The notes below the pieces were generated by a model. The model worked only from the letters and a program-made list of their open reading frames with translations, was not told the DNA's origin and searched no databases. A program made the translations under genes and the position numbers. A stretch of 64,000 bases of DNA. Source: Myxococcota bacterium. Lineage in GTDB: Bacteria; Myxococcota_A; UBA796; CAJQPC01. Positions 16,280-26,228 of this stretch are shown in pieces (the stretch's first letter is position 1; each line of letters opens with the position of its first letter). The stretch is from NCBI GenBank assembly GCA_036012755.1, contig DASCPX010000027.1:96001-160000 (forward strand). Reading direction: 5' to 3'.

Positions 16280-17581
16280 ATGAAGATCTGCGTTGTGGGC
16301 ACAGGCTACGTCGGCCTCGTCGCCGGCACTTGCCTGGCCGACATGGGCCACAGCGTCATCTGCGTCGACAAGGACGTCGACAAGGTGGCGACCCTGAACT
16401 CCGGCGGCGTCCCCATCTACGAGCCGGGTCTCGACCAGCTCATCGCCCGCAACACCCGAGAAGGGCGGCTGTCCTTCACGACGGACGGCCCTGGCACGAT
16501 CGGTGCCGCGAAGGTGGCCTACATCGCCGTCGGGACGCCCTCGGCAGCGGACGGCAGCGCAGACCTCAGCGGCGTCTTCGCCGTCGCCGAGCTCATCGGT
16601 CGGAGCGCGACGGGGCCCATCACCGCCATCGTCAAGTCGACCGTGCCCGTCGGGACCGCGGACCGGGTCCGCGAGATCATGGGCCAGTACTGTGACCACT
16701 CCTTCGACGTCGTGAGCAACCCGGAGTTCCTCAAGGAGGGCGCCGCTATCGGCGACTTCATGAAGCCGGACCGCATCGTGGTCGGCTGCCGCGACGACAA
16801 GACGCGAGCAGTCGTCGAGGAGATCTACAAGCCGCTGTTGCGAACGGGGAAGCCCATTCTGTTCATGGACAACCGCTCAGCAGAGCTCTCGAAGTACGCC
16901 TCGAACGCCTTCCTGGCGACGAAGATCAGCTTCATCAACGAGCTCTCCCGCCTCTGCGAGACCGTCGGCGCGGATGTCGACGCCGTCCGGCGCGGCGCAG
17001 GCACCGACTCCCGCATCGGCCTGCGCTTCTTCTTCCCGGGGGTCGGCTACGGCGGCTCCTGCTTCCCGAAGGACGTGAAGGCGCTGATGCACATGGGCGC
17101 CGGAGTCGGCTCGCCGCTGACCATCCTCGAGGCCGTCGAGGACGTCAACCACCGACAGAAGCGCTGGATGGCGGAGAAGATCCTGGCCCGACACGACGGA
17201 GATCTGAGCGGAAAGCGCGTCGCCGTCTGGGGTCTGTCCTTCAAGCCCAACACCGACGACATGCGAGAGGCACCGAGCCTCGTGATCATCGACCTGTTGC
17301 TGGCCGCTGGCGCCAAGGTGGTCGCATATGACCCGGAGGCGATGTCCGAGGCGCACCACGACCTCGGCGACCGCATCGAGTACGCGGACTCGGCGAAGGA
17401 GTGTGCCCAGAACGCCGACGCGCTCGTGCTGGTGACCGAGTGGAACGAGTTCCGGAACCCGAACTGGGGCGAACTCGCGAAGCTCATGCGCGGCCGGGAG
17501 ATCTACGACGGCCGGAACCTCTACGAGCCAGACGACGTACGCGCAGCCGGCTTCAGCTACTCCGGAGTCGGTCGCAAGTAG
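16280..17581 (+). CDS. ugd: UDP-glucose/GDP-mannose 6-dehydrogenase
   Basis: GTGYVG, NPEFLKEG, GYGGSCFPKD, FKPNTDDMRE; AGGAG SD. Confidence 0.95.
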   Translation: MKICVVGTGYVGLVAGTCLADMGHSVICVDKDVDKVATLNSGGVPIYEPGLDQLIARNTREGRLSFTTDGPGTIGAAKVAYIAVGTPSAADGSADLSGVFAVAELIGRSATGPITAIVKSTVPVGTADRVREIMGQYCDHSFDVVSNPEFLKEGAAIGDFMKPDRIVVGCRDDKTRAVVEEIYKPLLRTGKPILFMDNRSAELSKYASNAFLATKISFINELSRLCETVGADVDAVRRGAGTDSRIGLRFFFPGVGYGGSCFPKDVKALMHMGAGVGSPLTILEAVEDVNHRQKRWMAEKILARHDGDLSGKRVAVWGLSFKPNTDDMREAPSLVIIDLLLAAGAKVVAYDPEAMSEAHHDLGDRIEYADSAKECAQNADALVLVTEWNEFRNPNWGELAKLMRGREIYDGRNLYEPDDVRAAGFSYSGVGRK

Positions 17582-17584
17582 GCC

Positions 17585-18577
17585 TCACCGCGCCACGAGG
17601 TCGAGCAGGAGCCCCTCGAAGATCCGCCTGTCACCGGCGCGGTGGGAGTTCATGTCCTGGTTCGCTCGAGCGACACGGGACAGGACCATGCTCTCGTCCA
17701 GGGGGTTGGCCCGCAGGGCGGCCTCGATCTTCTTGCGCTTCCAGCCGGGCAGCTTGTAGGCCACGTCACCACCGTGCTCCATGGCGTCCTGTAGCTGGAG
17801 CAGGCGCCGCAGCTGCCAGCTGACCATCGCGATGAGACGATGCGCTTGTTTGCGCGCGCCGTGGTCCAGGAGCCGGTGCGCGGTCGCCAGCGCCCTGTCG
17901 GGGTCGGCGCTGGCGATGGCATCCGTGAGATCCCAGATCACGGCCTCGGCCAGCAGCGAGCAGACCTCGTCGATCACCTCGCTCGAGATGGGCCCGGAGC
18001 CGCCGACGTAGAGCGCGGCCTTGCCGACCTCCATGCGGACGCGCCCCAGGTCCGCGCCGACGCTCTCGATCAGCTGTTTGGCCTCGCGGGATCCCAGCGA
18101 GCAGCCCGCCTCCTTCGCGGCGTGCATCGCGAACCGGACGGGGTCCTGGTCTCTGGACTTGAAGCGGACGACGGCGCCGATCTTCTTGGCCCTCGCCTCT
18201 ATCTTCCTGCCGGGCCCCGCCTTGGGCCAGGCTCGCCCGGAGACGATGACGACCGCGCCCCGGCCCGGGTCCAGCGCAAAGGCGTGGAGCGCTTCCAGCA
18301 CCTCTGCCGAAGCCTCGGCGATGTCCCGCAGCTCCAGGACCCGGTGGGGGGAGAGCATCGGCATGGTCCGCGTCATGCCGAACAGATCAAGCGCTCGCTC
18401 CTCGCCAGCGCGGAAGACCGTGTAGTCGAAGGCACGCTGGACGCCGGACAGCGCGAACTCCGAGAGCCGGGCTGCACCCTCCTCCACCAGGAGCGCCTCG
18501 TCGCCGAGCACGACATAGAGCGGCAGGGGCTTCCCCGTCAGCAGGCCATCGATGCTCACGCTCACTCCGGTTGACAC
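17585..18577 (-). CDS. holA: DNA polymerase III delta subunit
   Basis: PLYVVLGDE, TMPMLSPHRV, VGADLGRVRMEVGK, IWDLTDAI; next to rpsT, as is common. Confidence 0.85.
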   Translation of the reverse strand: MSTGVSVSIDGLLTGKPLPLYVVLGDEALLVEEGAARLSEFALSGVQRAFDYTVFRAGEERALDLFGMTRTMPMLSPHRVLELRDIAEASAEVLEALHAFALDPGRGAVVIVSGRAWPKAGPGRKIEARAKKIGAVVRFKSRDQDPVRFAMHAAKEAGCSLGSREAKQLIESVGADLGRVRMEVGKAALYVGGSGPISSEVIDEVCSLLAEAVIWDLTDAIASADPDRALATAHRLLDHGARKQAHRLIAMVSWQLRRLLQLQDAMEHGGDVAYKLPGWKRKKIEAALRANPLDESMVLSRVARANQDMNSHRAGDRRIFEGLLLDLVAR

Positions 18578-18625
18578 TCAATAGGGTGCCGCGCAAGATC
18601 CTGCACCAGCCCGCGGAGATTAGAA

Positions 18626-19378
18626 ATGCTGCTCATCTGGTCCACCCTCGCGTCCGCGTCGGACTTCTCTGCGGCCGAGACGCTGCCTCACTACCTGCTC
18701 GTCCAGGACGTGGACGAGGCGCCACCCGCGGGAGACCCGAGCGCGGGGCAGCCCGAACGCGCCCGGGACTACCTCATGGAGGTCAACCTGCGCGGGCGGT
18801 ACATGGTCGTCCCCGACTCCATCCTGGACATCTGGTACTTCAACGGCTCGGACGACAACGGCGCCCACCTGGAGCGCCCCTCGATCCGTGCCTACGCGAC
18901 AGGGCTCGAGTTCTGCGTCCGGAACGACACGCAGATGGGTGCGTTCTACTTCGACTACTGGGGGAACCTCATCGAAGGAGGCTACTGGGACGACGTCGAG
19001 GATCCCGAGGACTACCTGGATGGCGACTGGATGGAGCCGTCGGAGAACTTCGGCGTCGTGAACTTCGGCATCAACTACTACTACGACATGCGCCTCGCGA
19101 AGTGGTTCTCGATCGTGGTCGGGGCCGGTCTCGGTGGTGCCTACGTCATCGGTGACCTGGAGCAGTGGGACTCAAAGGGCGGCGAGGCGGCCTACAAGGT
19201 CCACCAGGACGACCCAGACGCCCCTCCGGACGACGTCTACCGCATCCCCAGCGTGGTCCCGGTCGTGGACATCAACGCCGGCGTCAAGTTCCACATCAAC
19301 GACCGCGCGAGCATCCGGCTCGAGGGTGGACTGCACAACCTGCTCTACGGCGGCGGAGCGCTCGGCATCGTGTTCTGA
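18626..19378 (+). CDS. Putative outer-membrane beta-barrel protein
   Basis: Short signal peptide, amphipathic strands (VVDINAGVKFHI, IRLEGG), C-terminal Phe. Confidence 0.6.
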   Translation: MLLIWSTLASASDFSAAETLPHYLLVQDVDEAPPAGDPSAGQPERARDYLMEVNLRGRYMVVPDSILDIWYFNGSDDNGAHLERPSIRAYATGLEFCVRNDTQMGAFYFDYWGNLIEGGYWDDVEDPEDYLDGDWMEPSENFGVVNFGINYYYDMRLAKWFSIVVGAGLGGAYVIGDLEQWDSKGGEAAYKVHQDDPDAPPDDVYRIPSVVPVVDINAGVKFHINDRASIRLEGGLHNLLYGGGALGIVF

Positions 19379-19447
19379 GGGCTTGCGGTCCCCAGGAGGC
19401 TGCATTAAGCGCGGGTGGTCTGAACCCCTACTGTCGGAGCCAGCGCG

Positions 19448-19654
19448 TTGGTCAGCGTCACCGTCCGTGAAAACGAGCCCTTCGAGAAGGCCCTACGCCG
19501 CTTCCGCCGAAAGGTCGAGCGCGAGGGCATCCGCAAGGACATCAAGAAGAACAAGGTCTACCTCAAGCCTGGGGAGCGCCGGCGGCTCAAGCAGCGGCTG
19601 GCGGAGAAGCGTCGCCGCAAGGCCGCTCGCCGCGCCCAGAAGCGTCGCAGGTAG
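19448..19654 (+). CDS. rpsU: 30S ribosomal protein S21
   Basis: VRENEPFEKALRRFRRKVE...YLKP; TTG start with GGAG SD. Confidence 0.95.
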   Translation: MVSVTVRENEPFEKALRRFRRKVEREGIRKDIKKNKVYLKPGERRRLKQRLAEKRRRKAARRAQKRRR

Positions 19655-19657
19655 CGC

Positions 19658-20470
19658 CTACCACCGAGCAGCCCAGACGCTGCTCGTGTCTTCATAGAGC
19701 TTGGCCGCCCTCTCACGGGCGGCTTTGTTCTCCAGCGCCCAGGGCCCGTCCGCCCCCGCTGGGTAGCTCTCGTCGAAGTTCCGAAGCTCGCGCTCGAAGA
19801 CGGAGCGCTCCCCCTCGAGCACGAGCTGGTGCCGGGCGAAGTCCAGGTGCGCCACCGCAAGCCGCGGCTCGGACTCGACGGCGTTCTGGAACAGGGCTCG
19901 GGAGCGGGGCAGCTCGCGATCGAGGGGCCCCTCGACCAGCACCATCGACATCGCCTCGCCCCATGGACCCACCCATCCCTCGCTCAAGAGTCGGGACTGG
20001 CGCGCCATCAAGCGGATCACCTCCAGGTCGATCGCAGCCGCCGGACCACGCAGCTCGACCCAACGGATCCAGGCGACGAGGGTGGCGTCGAGGCACCCAT
20101 GATCCTCTTCCGTGAGCTGGCGGATCGCGCCCCCCGTGACGCGGCCGCTCCCAAACTCCACGCGGCTCTGGAAGCCCGGGTTGAGCTCGAGGCACTGGAG
20201 GCCATAGGCCCGTGCGCGCTCGTATTCGGCCGCCCGCTGGTCCGTGACATGCCCCCATGCACGCGCCGCCCAGGCCTCGGCGAGGGCCTCGAGGATGCGC
20301 GGTTCACCGGGATGCTCAGCGAGGAGACCGCGGTACATCTCGATGGCCAGATCGAGTCTCGCCAGGTCCTCGCGTTCGGCGTAGACCGCGTCCGCGCGCC
20401 CCAGTCCGGTCTCGACAGGGTCGCGAACCTCGCCTCCGCGAAGCCAGCAGGAAAGCAGGAGGACGAACAC
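19658..20470 (-). CDS. TPR-like lipoprotein (TatT-like)
   Basis: MFVLLLSC; helical repeats; YERARAYGLQCL and ENKAARERAAKL resemble TatT-family proteins. Confidence 0.55.
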   Translation of the reverse strand: MFVLLLSCWLRGGEVRDPVETGLGRADAVYAEREDLARLDLAIEMYRGLLAEHPGEPRILEALAEAWAARAWGHVTDQRAAEYERARAYGLQCLELNPGFQSRVEFGSGRVTGGAIRQLTEEDHGCLDATLVAWIRWVELRGPAAAIDLEVIRLMARQSRLLSEGWVGPWGEAMSMVLVEGPLDRELPRSRALFQNAVESEPRLAVAHLDFARHQLVLEGERSVFERELRNFDESYPAGADGPWALENKAARERAAKLYEDTSSVWAARW

Positions 20471-20524
20471 ATGGTGAGTCTAGCGCGCCTTCCCTGCCGG
20501 CGCCTTGTGTCAGGCTCGGGGTCC

Positions 20525-20609
20525 GCCCGGGTGGTGGAACCGGTAGACACCGGGGCCTTAAAAGCCCCTGCCGCACTGCGGCGTGCGGGTTCGAGTCCCG
20601 CCCCGGGCA
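20525..20609 (+). tRNA. tRNA-Leu(TAA)
   Basis: Acceptor GCCCGGG/CCCGGGC-A, anticodon arm GGGGC-CTTAAAA-GCCCC, long variable arm, GGTTCGAGTCC; CCA not encoded. Confidence 0.95.
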
Positions 20610-20620
20610 CCCCCACCGCG

Positions 20621-20650
20621 TTGACACCCAGTACACCCCAGACCTACCAT
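20621..20650 (+). promoter_or_regulatory. Putative sigma70-type promoter of dnaK
   Basis: TTGACA-18 nt-TACCAT, about 65 nt upstream of the ATG. Confidence 0.55.
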
Positions 20651-20714
20651 CCACCGGCAAGACGAACTCCCGGGGGCCGGAGTGCCCAGTTGCAGTGAAG
20701 CGTTGAGAGGCTGA

Positions 20715-22529
20715 ATGGGCAAGGTCATCGGCATCGACCTCGGCACGACCAACTCGGTCTGCGCCTACATGGACCGCCGGGATCCAGTTGTGATCATCAA
20801 CGCCGAGGGTGGCCGCATCACGCCATCGGTCGTCGGCATCTCGAAGAACGGCGAGCGCTTCGTCGGCGACGTCGCCAAGCGCCAGCTGCTCATCAATCCG
20901 GAAGCGACGATCCACTCCATCAAGTGCTTCCTGGGCCGCCGCTACAAGGAGGCCCTGAAGGATGTCGACCTCGTCCAGTACAAGGTCGTCGAGACGAAGA
21001 ACGGCGACTGCGCGGTCGAGATCGGCGATCGCCGCTACCTGCCCCAGGAGATCGCGGCGATGATCCTGCAGAAGCTCCGAAAGTCCGCAGAGGACTTCCT
21101 GGGTGAGCAGGTCACGGAAGCGGTCATCACCGTCCCCGCCTACTTCACGGATCGCCAGCGGCAGGCCACGAAGGACGCCGGCACCATCGCCGGCCTCGAT
21201 GTGCTCCGCATCATCAACGAGCCAACCTCCGCCGCGCTTGCCTACGTGCACAACCGCCGGAAGTCCTCGACGATCGCGGTCTACGACTTTGGCGGCGGCA
21301 CCTTCGACATCTCCATTCTCGAGGTCGACCGTGACCTTGCAGAGGTCCGGAGTACACGCGGCCACAGCCAGCTGGGCGGCGCCGACATCGACCGCAAGGT
21401 AGTCGACTGGCTGCTCGAGCAGTTCCACAAGGAACATGGCATCGACGTGAGCGACGACAAGGTCGTCCTGCAGCGCCTGCGCGACGCCGCCGAGCGCGCC
21501 AAGTTCGAGCTGTCCTCGGCGATGGACACGGACATCCACCTGCCCTTCTTGCTGGCCGACGCGTCTGGTCCGAAGCACCTCCAGTGCAGCCTCTCGCGGT
21601 ACACCTTCGAGTCCCTCGCACAGGCACTGTTCGACGAGACCATCGAGGAGTGCCAGCGCGCCCTCGACGACTGCCGGCTGACGCCCGACGACATCGACGA
21701 GGTGATCCTCGTCGGCGGCTCGTCGCGCATCCCGAAGGTCCAGGAGCTCGTGAAGGGGCTGTTCGAGCGGCCGCTGAACAAGACCTTCAACCCGGACGAG
21801 GTCGTCGCCATCGGTGCCGCGATCCAGGCGGGCATCCTCGAGGGTGACGTCAAGGCGGTCACGCTGCTCGACGTGACGAACTACTCCCTCGGCATCGAAG
21901 TCGAGGGTCGTCGCGCCGCGAAGCTCATCCCGAAGAACACGACGATTCCCGCCCAGAAGACCCAGCTCGTCTCCACGGTCGTGGACAACCAGCGCACGGT
22001 GAAGGTCCACGTCCTGCAGGGGGAGAGCCCGCTTGCCCGCGAGAACGTCTCGCTGGGCGAGTTCGAACTCCACGGTGTCGAGCCCGCCCCGCGCGGCGTT
22101 CCGCGCATCCAGGTGAAGTTCGCCATCGACGCAAACGGGATCGTGCAGGTGTCGGCCAAGGACGGACGGTCCGGCATCAGCAACGCTGTGACCATCGACG
22201 CCCCGACGGGCCTGACCCAGATGGAGATCGACGACCTGCGCCAGGAGCACGCCGCCTACGAGTCACGCGGCGAGGAGACAGAGGACATCAAGCTCCTCCG
22301 CCACCAGATCGAGAAGCAGCTCGTCTCCCTGGAGGGATTCCTCCGGGACAACCGTGGCTTCTTGCAGAAGAAGGACGTCTTCGAGATCGAGCAGGCCCTC
22401 AAGCGGGGGCGGATGGCGCTCTTGAAGTCCTCTGACAAGTCGAACCTGGATGAGCTGTCGATGTACCTCGCCCGCTTCTTCGCGCACCTCGCGGACAAGA
22501 CGGGGGCTGGCGACACTCCAGTCCACTGA
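20715..22529 (+). CDS. dnaK: Hsp70/DnaK-family chaperone (paralog)
   Basis: GIDLGTTNS, TVPAYF, RIINEPT, YDFGGGTFD, VTLLDVT linker, PAPRGVP. Confidence 0.93.
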   Translation: MGKVIGIDLGTTNSVCAYMDRRDPVVIINAEGGRITPSVVGISKNGERFVGDVAKRQLLINPEATIHSIKCFLGRRYKEALKDVDLVQYKVVETKNGDCAVEIGDRRYLPQEIAAMILQKLRKSAEDFLGEQVTEAVITVPAYFTDRQRQATKDAGTIAGLDVLRIINEPTSAALAYVHNRRKSSTIAVYDFGGGTFDISILEVDRDLAEVRSTRGHSQLGGADIDRKVVDWLLEQFHKEHGIDVSDDKVVLQRLRDAAERAKFELSSAMDTDIHLPFLLADASGPKHLQCSLSRYTFESLAQALFDETIEECQRALDDCRLTPDDIDEVILVGGSSRIPKVQELVKGLFERPLNKTFNPDEVVAIGAAIQAGILEGDVKAVTLLDVTNYSLGIEVEGRRAAKLIPKNTTIPAQKTQLVSTVVDNQRTVKVHVLQGESPLARENVSLGEFELHGVEPAPRGVPRIQVKFAIDANGIVQVSAKDGRSGISNAVTIDAPTGLTQMEIDDLRQEHAAYESRGEETEDIKLLRHQIEKQLVSLEGFLRDNRGFLQKKDVFEIEQALKRGRMALLKSSDKSNLDELSMYLARFFAHLADKTGAGDTPVH

Positions 22530-22537
22530 CATCTCTA

Positions 22538-22810
22538 TAGGGGGACCCCTGCAGGTCCCCCTACGCCACCCTTCGGGCGGCTTACCCCCCCCCGGCGGCT
22601 CTGCGCCTCGCTGGCGCTTCGTTGCCAGTCTTGCAGGTCCCCCTACGCCACCCTGCGGGCGGCATACCCCTCCGGCAGCTTCGCGCCTCGCTGGCGCTTC
22701 GTTGCCAGTCTTGCAGGTCCCCCTACGCCACCCTGCGGGCGGCATACCCCTCCGGCAGCTCCGCGCCTCGCTGGCGCTTCGTTGCCCAGTGACCCCTGCA
22801 GGTCCCCCTA
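22538..22810. repeat. Tandem ~80-bp structured repeat (3 full copies plus a partial fourth)
   Basis: TGCAGGTCCCCCTA begins at 22550, 22632, 22712 and 22797; copies 2 and 3 are nearly identical; internal hairpins. Confidence 0.92.
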
Positions 22811-23123
22811 AGCCAGCAGCTCCGTGGCTCCGAGTCAACCGCTGAGTCGGCACCGTCCTTCGGAGCGGCGCGGCGCTGTCGCGGCGACAAGGGAGGGCGG
22901 CGGCTCAGGGCGGGGCGGCGCTGCACTGATTCAGTGAGTCACCGGATGTAGACCCTCGGAGCAGTCCGTGCCCGTCACGGGACGGCGACCTGTCCGCCGC
23001 GACGAGTCGCGAGATCGAAGCCCGATCATCGACATCGACATCGAGACTCGGTCATCGGGTGTCGTTGTCCGCCTCGAGGTCCAGCCTCGACGCGCCACGA
23101 TCAACGTGCACCGGCCTCCTGGC

Positions 23124-26093
23124 CTAGCCTTCCTCTTCGTCCTTGGCCTTCTTCTTGGCCTCCTTCGCTTCCTTCTTCTTCTTCTTTGCGTAGGCCTTCG
23201 GGTCGTTCTGCTGGAACATGCGGTCGGCTTCGGCCTCCCAGTCGAAGACCTCGTAGGAGATGCCTGCCTCGTCGAGCTGCGGGGTGATGACCTCGAGCGG
23301 GCCGACGAGGGTGACGACCTCCTTGCCGTGACAGCGCTCCATCTGGTCCTGCAGATCCTGCACCCCGACCGCTGCGAGGCGCTCGGCGTGACCGTCGATG
23401 AGGTCCCAGCCGTAGCCAGTGGTGAACGGCTGCTTGATGCGGCTGAGCATCTGGCCGGTTGTCTGCTGCCCGAGCACGTACTTGCGAGAGGCGCTGAGCT
23501 TCATGAGCGTCAGCAGATCCTCGTCGAAGCGGCCCTCCTTGGCTTCGTCGCTCAGGCGGAACATCGTCTCGACCGCCAGGGCCGCAGCGTCGTTCTGGAC
23601 CAGGGCCGTGACCCCCATGAGCGCGGTGCCGTTGGACAGCGACATGTCGTAGGAGCCCGCGCCGTAGGTGACGCCGGACTGCTCACGCAGCGCGTCCCAG
23701 GCCATCTCGTCGAGCACGGCGGCCAGCATCTCGCGAGACTCGTAGTTCTCCAGGGTGGCCGGTCCGATCTGGCAGACCATCACCGCCTGGGTCTGCGAGA
23801 CGCGCGCCTTGTCGAACACCAGCACCGCGCGCTCGGCCGCTGCGACAGGCACCGTCGGGAGCTCGCTCATCTGCACCGGGTCCGACTTCACGGTCCAGCC
23901 GTTGAAGTAGGTGCGCACAGCGTCCTCGACCGCGTCGGGGTCGTCCATGCGGCCGATGACGAAGAGCGTGCCGTTCTCAGGACGGTAGACCGTGTCCATC
24001 CAGTCGCCCATCTGGCCCGAAGGGTACTTGAGGGTCTCGTAGTAGAGCTCGTCCGCGCGCCACGCCGCCGGGTGGTCCGGCACGACCCGCGAGGCTGAGA
24101 GGTAGCTTGCCCACCACTCGGGGAAACCCCGCTCGTAGCGCGCAGACTTCTTGGCGGCCTCCATCCAGGTCCGGCGGTCGTCCACGTTGATGAAGATCGA
24201 GTCGAGCTCGCGACGGGTCATGTAGATCATCGCGTCGACGTTGCCGGAGGAGCCGGTGATGCCCAGCGTCGAGTACGTATCAGCGGGGCCACGGACCCAG
24301 GAACCAGCGAGCCGCAACGGATCCTCGTTGTAGTCGGACTGCATCCACTCCCAGGTGTACTCGTCGAGGCCGAAGGCCGGCTCGCGGTAGGAGCCGCCCT
24401 CGAAGATGATGCTCACCTGGGCCAGGGGCGCGGTGCCATAGGGCAGAAGCACGACGTGCATGCCGTTGTCGAGGTCGAACTCGCGGATGGCAGACAGATC
24501 CGGAAGTGACATCACCCCTCGGAGGTACTCGGCGTCGACCTCGGACAGGTCGATCATCGAGGCGGTCTCCGCCTGGCGGACAGCGCCCTTGTAGATGGCG
24601 TCCGAGGAGTCGAGGCTGATGTCGCCCTCGTCGTAGGGCTCGATGACCACGGCCACCGCCCGGTCGCGGTTGAGGTACTTCTCGGCGAACTTGGCGGCGT
24701 CGTGGGCCGTGACCGTGCTGAGCCACTCGAACTGGCGCGAGTAGTAGAGGGGATCACCGGTGAAGTGGGTGAAGTTCGCCGTGTCGGCGGCGCGTCCGCC
24801 CCCGATGCTGGAGACGGACTCGACCGAGCGGAAGATGTAGGCCATCTGGGAGGACTTGCCGTAGTCGTAGAGGTAGTCCATGACCGGGCGATTGTTCAGG
24901 TCCCACATGTGGTAGAGGCCATCGAGGGCCTTCTCCCGGATCTCCTCCGGGTCGTCGTCTTCGTCCATCTCGATGAAGCACATCGCCGCCGAGTTGATCT
25001 CCTCGTCCCAGACGAAGCAGCCCATGGAGTCGAGGTCCTCGATCTCGTCCGTGAGGATGTCGAAGTCCTCGACGAGGTAGGTCTGGATGGCGGCCGTCAT
25101 CCAGCTCCCGCCGGTCATGCGCATCATCGGGTCGTGGGCGCGATAGGCGCCGGGCAGGGACCAGGCCAGCACCATCGTCGGCTTCTCGACGCCGCCCTTG
25201 TGGTAGCTGATGGTCGTGTCCGCGGGCTCCGGCGGCTCGTCCCATGTCGGGGTGACGCGGACCGGCGGCTCCTTGAGGTCGAAGGCCCCCTCCGGGTCCT
25301 CCGGATCGACCAGGAGCTCGATCGGGAAGGCGTCCTGGATGTACTGCCAGGAGTGGTTGACCTCTTCGCCCGTGTCCGGATCGGTGGAGGAGATCTTGAA
25401 GTCGCCGACGACCACGAGGGTGGTGTTCTCCGGCGTGTAGTTCTTGTCGACGAAGTCCTGGATGTCCTGCAGGCTGATGTTGTTCAGGGACTCGTGGGTA
25501 CCGATGCCCAGGCGATGGTAGGGGTGGCCTTCCGGGTAGAGCTTGGGCCGCAGGTACCACAGCGCCGAGCCGTCGGTGTTCTCGTAGCGCATGCGCAGCT
25601 CGTTGCGCACGATCTCGCGCTCGGTGTTGACGTCCTCTTCCGTGACGCCGCGCATCGCGTTCTCGATGCGGAGGGCCTCCAGGCGCAACAGCGGGACCAG
25701 CTGCTCCTTCGGGGCGATGGTCATGTAGTTGGTCCAGTCCGACGCGGTCGAAGCGTTCAGGCCAGCGCCCATCTCCTTGAGGACCTCCCACACCTTCGGG
25801 AGGTCACCGTGGAGGCTGCGGAACCAGAGGTGCTCGACGAGGTGGGCGATGCCCTCCTGACCGATGGGATCGTGGGAGGCGCCGCGGTCCACCACCGCCG
25901 TGATGCTCACGATCGGCTGGATGTGGTCCTCCTGGAAGATGATCCGGAGGCCGCTGGGCAGCACGTAGTCCATCATCGGGATGTCGAACTCGTCCACGGC
26001 GAGGTTCAGGTTCGGGCGGGGAAGGCTCTCCGCGACCGCGACGGTGGACAGGCCCGCGAGGGCGACGAGTGCGAAGGTGCGAGGCAGCTTCAT
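23124..26093 (-). CDS. Secreted M16 (insulinase/pitrilysin-like) zinc peptidase
   Basis: Normal signal peptide, GIAHLVEHLWF (HxxEH), LNAST, EREIVRNE, two M16 halves (LREQSGVTYG). Confidence 0.92.
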   Translation of the reverse strand: MKLPRTFALVALAGLSTVAVAESLPRPNLNLAVDEFDIPMMDYVLPSGLRIIFQEDHIQPIVSITAVVDRGASHDPIGQEGIAHLVEHLWFRSLHGDLPKVWEVLKEMGAGLNASTASDWTNYMTIAPKEQLVPLLRLEALRIENAMRGVTEEDVNTEREIVRNELRMRYENTDGSALWYLRPKLYPEGHPYHRLGIGTHESLNNISLQDIQDFVDKNYTPENTTLVVVGDFKISSTDPDTGEEVNHSWQYIQDAFPIELLVDPEDPEGAFDLKEPPVRVTPTWDEPPEPADTTISYHKGGVEKPTMVLAWSLPGAYRAHDPMMRMTGGSWMTAAIQTYLVEDFDILTDEIEDLDSMGCFVWDEEINSAAMCFIEMDEDDDPEEIREKALDGLYHMWDLNNRPVMDYLYDYGKSSQMAYIFRSVESVSSIGGGRAADTANFTHFTGDPLYYSRQFEWLSTVTAHDAAKFAEKYLNRDRAVAVVIEPYDEGDISLDSSDAIYKGAVRQAETASMIDLSEVDAEYLRGVMSLPDLSAIREFDLDNGMHVVLLPYGTAPLAQVSIIFEGGSYREPAFGLDEYTWEWMQSDYNEDPLRLAGSWVRGPADTYSTLGITGSSGNVDAMIYMTRRELDSIFINVDDRRTWMEAAKKSARYERGFPEWWASYLSASRVVPDHPAAWRADELYYETLKYPSGQMGDWMDTVYRPENGTLFVIGRMDDPDAVEDAVRTYFNGWTVKSDPVQMSELPTVPVAAAERAVLVFDKARVSQTQAVMVCQIGPATLENYESREMLAAVLDEMAWDALREQSGVTYGAGSYDMSLSNGTALMGVTALVQNDAAALAVETMFRLSDEAKEGRFDEDLLTLMKLSASRKYVLGQQTTGQMLSRIKQPFTTGYGWDLIDGHAERLAAVGVQDLQDQMERCHGKEVVTLVGPLEVITPQLDEAGISYEVFDWEAEADRMFQQNDPKAYAKKKKKEAKEAKKKAKDEEEG

Positions 26094-26228
26094 GTGGACT
26101 CCAGGTGTGCTCATCCGAGACAGGCCGGAAACCTTATCCGGGTAGGCCTGTTCCGTCCGGCCTGCGGAGTCAAGGCCCAGGCATTCGACAACGCAGTGCG
26201 CCAGAGGTGCGGACCTGCAAAGGGAAGC

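Noticed and set aside
22538..22810. Possible CRISPR array
   Set aside because: Whole units repeat without unique spacers, and no cas genes are present.
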